Assembly (NCBI GenBank): GCA_049724395.1
Contig: JAUGWO010000015.1
Span: forward strand, 124,001 to 154,566
Length of the DNA: 30,566 nucleotides
Source of the DNA: Spongospora subterranea f. sp. subterranea
Lineage: Eukaryota
Reading direction: 5' to 3'
In this document: piece by piece, positions 25,091-30,566 of the stretch
Position numbering within the stretch: the first letter of the stretch is position 1
Layout of the letters: every line of letters starts with the position of its first letter
Notes under the pieces: generated by a model
Told to the model about the DNA's origin: nothing
Database searches by the model: none
What the model saw: the letters and a program-made list of their open reading frames with translations, nothing else
Program-made: the position numbers and the translations under genes

Positions 25091-26511
25091 CGCAGTTTCA
25101 AAGTTCCATTCACCTTTATGTTCGCCCAGCGCCATGATATCATCAAATAGGATACCGATGGTTTAAACCTAGGTCATAATCATAGCATCGTCTTGATACC
25201 TGAAACTTCAGACGTTCTTGAACGTTTCGAGTGAGATTTGTGGCCATCGGAGAAAGACCTCATTATTACCTGTGGCTGTCATGCAAACGCGCCATTGTTG
25301 CGTCGCATCCTTGCAACACAATTTCCCGAGAGGCACTACGACAGCCATTTTATTCAGCGTATGATCAAGAAAAGCAAGATAGCTAATTTTGGTTCCGATC
25401 CAGACGGCATGAAAGATTTCTTCGCCTTCGGGACAGATATCTCTAATTCAGGAGGAATTCTCCAGCTGGAATTCGAAGATGACCTGCGCATCAACGGTGC
25501 CATTGTTCAAACTACAGCAATGGAGAAATATTGTCGGTCTGTTTCAGATCTCACTCTTCAGGATGGTACCTTTAACATCAGTGTATATTCACTGATTTTG
25601 TTGGGTTTCTCATAATTTGACTGTTTTGGCAAAACGGTCATAGGTGGTATCGGGTTTGCTCCATCCGAGAATTCTAGGAGCGTGATAAAGGCCTAACAAA
25701 CTTTTTATCAGAATTTCACTGGAGCTTCGGTTTTGATGACTGATAAAGCTTCGGCTTTTGAGACAGCTGCTGGTGAACTGCGATTGCGCCATCTGCTCTG
25801 TACAAAACATTTTCAGAAATCTATCCTCCATTGTCACCGTGGAATGAATTCCAAGTTCCGCAATACCGTCATGAGAGATTGCCACTCTCTTCTTTCTACA
25901 GATTTTTATTCGGAGGTGTCGTTTTTGGATTTTTCAACACATTCTATGCCTGGTTATGGTGATGCTCTCCGGTTTCTTGATTCCGTTATGGTCAAGAAGG
26001 AGAAAGTTTGTGCGACCTTCACGTCCAAATGTTTCACTGCAGGACATGTAGGACACAACGGGCCGAGTCCATTAATGCAAGGATCAAAGACTCTGGTCTC
26101 AACAAAGCGCATATAGCGAAGTTCAATTTGAACCAGCTAACCAGGCATGCCATTTCTCTGACAAAGAGGCAAGACCTGTGTTCATTGCGCGAAATTCAAT
26201 TGTTGATACGTGAGGGCCGGAAATGGAGTCGCTACGTCAACGATCGATGGAAGGCACAAAACCTCCTGGTCAGCGAGTATGAAGGAAACCTTAGGAGCGT
26301 TTCAAAGCGTTGTGACAACTCGGATCCACACTCCGTCACCATGTTAACTGGCCAAGATGCTTTTCCGCTGTGTAGTTGTGCCTATCTTTGCAGTTGCCAG
26401 ATTCCTGTGTGTTGGAATCTGTGCAGTGTTTCACAGAGTAGCGCTGCCTCTTTTCGACATTGCTACTTTAGCTGGACGATGGCATCTGGTTAAACCACCC
26501 ATTATACGAGC
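25090..26511 (+). pseudogene. MULE (Mutator-like) transposase relic
   Basis: FAR1-like ...LGHNH, catalytic-core QDGTFNISVY, MTDKASAF, HLLCTKH, TQRAESINARIK and SWIM-like CSCAYLCSCQIP. In-frame stops and frameshifts. Confidence 0.85.
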
Positions 26512-26770
26512 CATAGTGTGTGTGTGATCGATCCCATACAAGTCCTATGGCTTTTCCAGGGAAAAGCTCTACAATGAAGGTGAGAAACATGATCGCTGTG
26601 AGTTGTGTCATCCAGTGTGTGCTGTTGAAAGTGAGCACCGATTGCTTGTACGTTTTCCATTGGTGGAAAAGGTTGCCGCCAAACATGCCGGTCATTATCC
26701 CGAACGGAGGCAGCAACTGAGACGACCGCCTCTCAGCAGCAACATAAGGACACAAATTGAGAGCGTACTC
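26512..26770 (-). pseudogene. Fragment of a second pogo/DDE_1-type transposase
   Basis: LLPPFGIMTG...VLTFNSTHWMT...FPGKAIGLVWDRSHTH resembles the DDE_1 core (LPP..I..G, ..WM, L.WD....H). It is not recognisably the same family as 6896-8786. Confidence 0.6.
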
Positions 26771-27200
26771 ACCCCTTTGAGTGCTCAGTAGGTTGATGTC
26801 CACTGCTTGAAGAAGCGGGAAGTGTGTTGGAATGCACGATCCCAAGGCGAGAGAGGGATTGCTCGTATAATGGGTGGTTAACCAGATGCCATCGTCCAGC
26901 TAAAGTAGCAATGTCGAAAAGAGGCAGCGCTACTCTGTGAAACACTGCACAGATTCCAACACACAGGAATCTGGCAACTGCAAAGATAGGCACAACTACA
27001 CAGCGGAAAAGCATCTTGGCCAGTTAACATGGTGACGGAGTGTGGATCCGAGCTGTCACAACGCTTTGAAACGCTCACTCCAAAGGTTTCCGACAAGTAC
27101 GGATTCATAATCGCTGGCCAGGAGGTTTTGTGCCTTCCATTGATCGTTGACGTAGCGACTCCATTTCCGGCCCTCACGTATCAACAATTGAATTTCGCGC
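26770..27200 (-). repeat. Inverted copy of the MULE relic's SWIM region
   Basis: The reverse complement of 26861-27200 aligns to 26187-26511 with few substitutions and small indels. The coding frame continues to ~26770 (HPLYEQSLSRLG). Confidence 0.95.
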
Positions 27201-27584
27201 CTCCCCAGAGTTGGATCATGACAGTATCCCCCTGTTTAGGAGTAGACCACCATGACCTCCAGCCCGACTCTGACTTCCGTCATTATTTGCGTTCGCAGTT
27301 TATATTTGTTGCGGACGCAGTTTGGAAACCATGCAGGTGCCGCGAAAAGTGCCACTTTGAGGAGGGGGCGTGTGACGGTGATCACTTTTGAACATTTTGA
27401 TCATTCACTGTGGTGGCGGTCCAGTCAGAATGTGCACGGTCAGCTGTCGAAAGCGGGTCCAATCAGAATGTGCGAGTAGAATCAACACTGTGCGCAGTCT
27501 CTTGTAAATACAGTTAAGTGTATATTGATCCTGTAATGTTAAGAGTCCGTATAGTGCAGCCTCTTCGATGAGAAAAAGAACTGG

Positions 27585-27775
27585 CCACCCTAATTTTGGT
27601 AAATATTACACCCACGGTAACCACCACAGTATGGATTATCACCAACCTGGAATTGGGTCTTCGGCACCCAAATGAAAAAGTGCGCCAAGGAGTTGACGGC
27701 CACCCCAATACTGGATCAGAAACACCCAAGAGTGGGATTGCCTACAACCAAGATAGGTTCACCAACAACCCCGCA
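27585..27775. repeat. Degenerate ~21-22 bp subterminal repeat array (left TIR region of the MULE)
   Basis: Recurrent CA(C/A)CC-N4/5-TGG(A/G)T units, e.g. caacctggaattgggtc, caccccaatactggatc, cacccaagagtgggatt. Confidence 0.55.
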
Positions 27776-27783
27776 ATCAGATT

Positions 27784-30035
27784 ATGGCTGACTCTACTAG
27801 TGAATCCGTCTCTGACAATGGCAATGATTGGTTTGCTGTAGAGATCGGCATTCCAGACGCATCTGCGTTGAAAGCAGTTAAAAAAGGCATGGCATCGCAT
27901 AGTATTTTCAAATCCGACCTGGTGACATGTAATTTCGTCCACGAAGAAACTGACGATCTACGGTTAGTCGACTTGCACACAATGCGAAAAAGGTACGCGC
28001 GATGTACATCGTCACGTTGCTTTGCCGAAATCGTCGACCAAGATAACATGTTCTGTGGGGTAAAATATGCGATCAGCACATGCCAGATAGATGGAACGTC
28101 GGAAATCTTTCAGCAAGGGCTTCACCTTGCCGAAATGGAGGAAAATGATGCTCGCTCCCCGTGCAAGCCTAAGGCAATCGGATTCATTGGAGTTGTCGTT
28201 GAACTGGTGTTTATTAAGTTGAGTTTCAGGTTACAACGCCTATGAAAAGAAAAATCGCTTCACTTCTGCACGACGATCCCAGACGGACGCCGAAGTTATT
28301 ACAAAAGCATCTTACCAGGTGCTGCAGGGCCCTGGAGTTTGGGGAAATTGAGAGGGTACCGATGCCAAGTTTGCAACAAATACAGAATGTTGTGAAAAGG
28401 ATTCGGTTACAAGAAGGCCATACGAACACTACTGATGTGGTTCTAGCAAAAATTGTCAGCCTTAAAATCGCTGACAACTGGGATACTCTGAATGATGACC
28501 AGCCTTTTGCGTTCGGCTATGGTGAGCGCGAAGGTCTAATCTCAATTGGCGTTGGGTCAGATGCAGACCCGTTTCGGATATGTTAGGTTAGCTCTTTGGA
28601 TTAAACACTGGATATTGATAGAATCTTGGCAGGTCTGACATGTAAAGGTCTACTCGGTGCCTTTGTTATGGTGAATGAACGGCACCCGGAGATCAAGGTT
28701 ATTTGCCACATTGATACGACATTCAAAACGAACAGGAATGCGTACCCACTGTTTGTTGTTGGATACTCGGATTTTTCCGGCAAATTTCATTTGCTAGCTT
28801 TAAGTCTCTGCTCCCAAAGGCGACAAGCCGATTGTGAATATGTTCTTCAATGCATCAAAACACTCTTTGACGAGCATTACAATTTCGACTTCAGTCCAGA
28901 TTTCTTGATGGCTGACGCTGACGCTGCTCAATATAACGCGCTCAACAGTGTCTTGCCTGATTGCACGTACCTAATGTGCTTCTTTCATGTGCTGAAGAAT
29001 GTAAGACTTTGATATCTTATCACCCTTCTCAATTAACACTGTTCCAATCAGTGCTGGGATCGCCGAGATGGTATTCGTTACCCAGAATGGAAAGTCATCT
29101 CACATGATATCTACTCCATGCATTTGGCCGCCAGTGAGTTTGAATTCATTCAAACCTCCGACACGATTCTAGCTCGCTGGTGCAGTGATACCAGTTCTCC
29201 TGCAGTCCAGCGGTTTGCTGCATATTTTGAGGATCAATGGCTGACAGAACGGTTTTCGAAGTGGTCTATTCACTGGACCGAGCAAGGACGGGCAACGACA
29301 AATAATCCCAATGAAGGTTTCAATGCCCGAATTAAAGAGGTAACCCGTACCAAAGCCTCAAATTAGTTTCTTCCATTAATGAATGAATAGTGTCTGGGTC
29401 GTCGCCGATTGCATATTTGTCCTTTAATTGATGAACTCGCCAAGTTGATAGAATCGGAGAGTGAATGCGTCCGTACCTTCAACGTCATCCCTTTGGCATC
29501 AGAACGTCTCATTCAACGCTATAATAAGTTTAAAGCAAGCGGTTTGCTGAATGCACGTTCAGTTAACGCAGAAGAGGTCTTAGTAATCCAAGCTGAGCAT
29601 CCGGTGATCGATAACAACGGAGTTCAGGATGATTGTGACTTTCACGTTGTCCACAAAGATATTATTAATCATAATTATCTTCGGATGGAACGGCTACACA
29701 TGCCACCCATTGGTTGGCTGATTGTCCTTGAACAACAGCAATGCTCCTGTCAATATTTTTCCAAGTTTGGGATATGCGTCCATGTTATCCATGCGTGCCA
29801 GCATGCGGGAAGACAAATACCTGGAATGCCAGCACCCGTGCAGCGTCTAGTTAACCGGTCTGCGAACGTTCGCAGACGACACCGCGGTCGCGTTCACAGA
29901 AATATCAATGGTCGAGGACGAGGTCGGGGTAATCCCGTTCCCGGAAGAGCACCAATTGGTCACCGCCTTCGTCCTGGTCGAGCCGCTGGTCCAGGGAGGG
30001 GCAGATTGGCGGGCCCGGCCCTCGAGCTTGATTGA
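27784..30035 (+). CDS. Apparently intact MULE transposase with SWIM zinc finger (5 exons, ~680 aa)
   Basis: Exons 27784-28173, 28230-28581, 28633-29000, 29052-29339 and 29391-30035 splice into one open frame (first intron GC-AG). Motifs HIDTTFKTNRNAYPLFVVGYSD, LMADADAAQYNA, LMCFFHV, TTNNPNEGFNARIK, CSCQYFSKFGICVH; RG-rich tail. Confidence 0.92.
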
Positions 30036-30110
30036 TACATATAAATAAAATATGTGCTAAATATCCTTAAAATTTATAAATTATTATTCCCTTTTCGACG
30101 ATGTTCGGTA

Positions 30111-30282
30111 TCTGCGAACGTTCGCAGACCGGTTAACTAGACGCTGCACGGGTGCTGGCATTTCAGGTATTGGTCTTCCCGGCGCTGGCACGCATGGATA
30201 ACATGGACGCATATCCCAAACTTGGAGAAATATTGACAGGAGCATTGCTGTTGTTCAAGGACAATCAGCCAACCAATGGGTG
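30111..30282 (-). repeat. Inverted copy of the transposase SWIM-coding segment
   Basis: The reverse complement matches 29704-29876 with about 6 differences over ~173 nt. Confidence 0.97.
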
Positions 30283-30414
30283 TTTCGCTAGCACAACATC
30301 AGTAGTGTTAACATGACCTTCTTGTCCGAATTCGTTTCACAACATTCCCGTTTCGACAATGTTCGGTAATGAATAATACGAAGGTGTGCAAAACGATTGG
30401 AAAAGCAGTAAACC

Positions 30415-30566
30415 TTGACATTAGGTGTCGATGACCCTATTCTGGTCGTTGGTGATCCAATTTCAGGTTGTGTAGAACTCATAAGAGGTTGGGTTGCCCA
30501 GAAATAACAGTGGTCGGGACCTAACTTTACGCATATTCTGGTTTGGGTGTTCATAACCCAATTCTT
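30415..30566. repeat. Inverted subterminal repeat array (right TIR region of the MULE; runs off the window)
   Basis: The reverse complement reads gaattgggttatgaacacccaaa...caacctgaaattggatcaccaa, resembling gaattgggtcttcggcacccaaa and caaccaagataggttcaccaa in 27650-27770. Confidence 0.55.

Noticed and set aside
27585..27775. Periodic motif as a CRISPR-like array
   Set aside because: Units are degenerate, adjacent and spacer-less, and they recur inverted at the far side of the transposase, which fits transposon subterminal repeats.
26187..30282. Inverted repeats as sequencing fold-back artefacts
   Set aside because: Arms differ by substitutions and multi-base indels and are separated by unique loops. 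An artefact is unlikely, though spanning reads should confirm.
1..30566. Prokaryotic operon, CRISPR array, rRNA or tRNA genes
   Set aside because: Genes are spliceosomal-intron-rich eukaryotic genes. I saw no regularly spaced identical repeats with unique spacers and no recognisable structural RNA.

Overview
Eukaryotic genomic DNA from a compact, intron-rich genome (introns mostly ~46-70 nt) of a flagellated microbial eukaryote; a plasmodiophorid-like protist is a guess only. Housekeeping genes: adenylosuccinate lyase, a PUB-domain protein, an AlkB-family dioxygenase, an ER-type DnaJ, eIF6, two tandem ammonium transporters, a DEAD-box helicase and RSPH9. DNA transposons are abundant: two MITE-like elements, two pogo-like relics, a P-like relic, a MULE relic and an apparently intact spliced MULE transposase. 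The most unusual structure is that three transposase loci each sit in a long inverted repeat of their own coding sequence (7391-8452, 26187-27200, 29704-30282), the layout expected of hairpin-RNA, 'Mu killer'-like silencing loci. Both MULE repeats cover the SWIM-finger region, and one encloses a fragment of an unrelated pogo transposase in its loop. Five genes also carry an apparent single extra base, most likely unpolished long-read error. All family assignments come from motif recognition by eye, not database searches.
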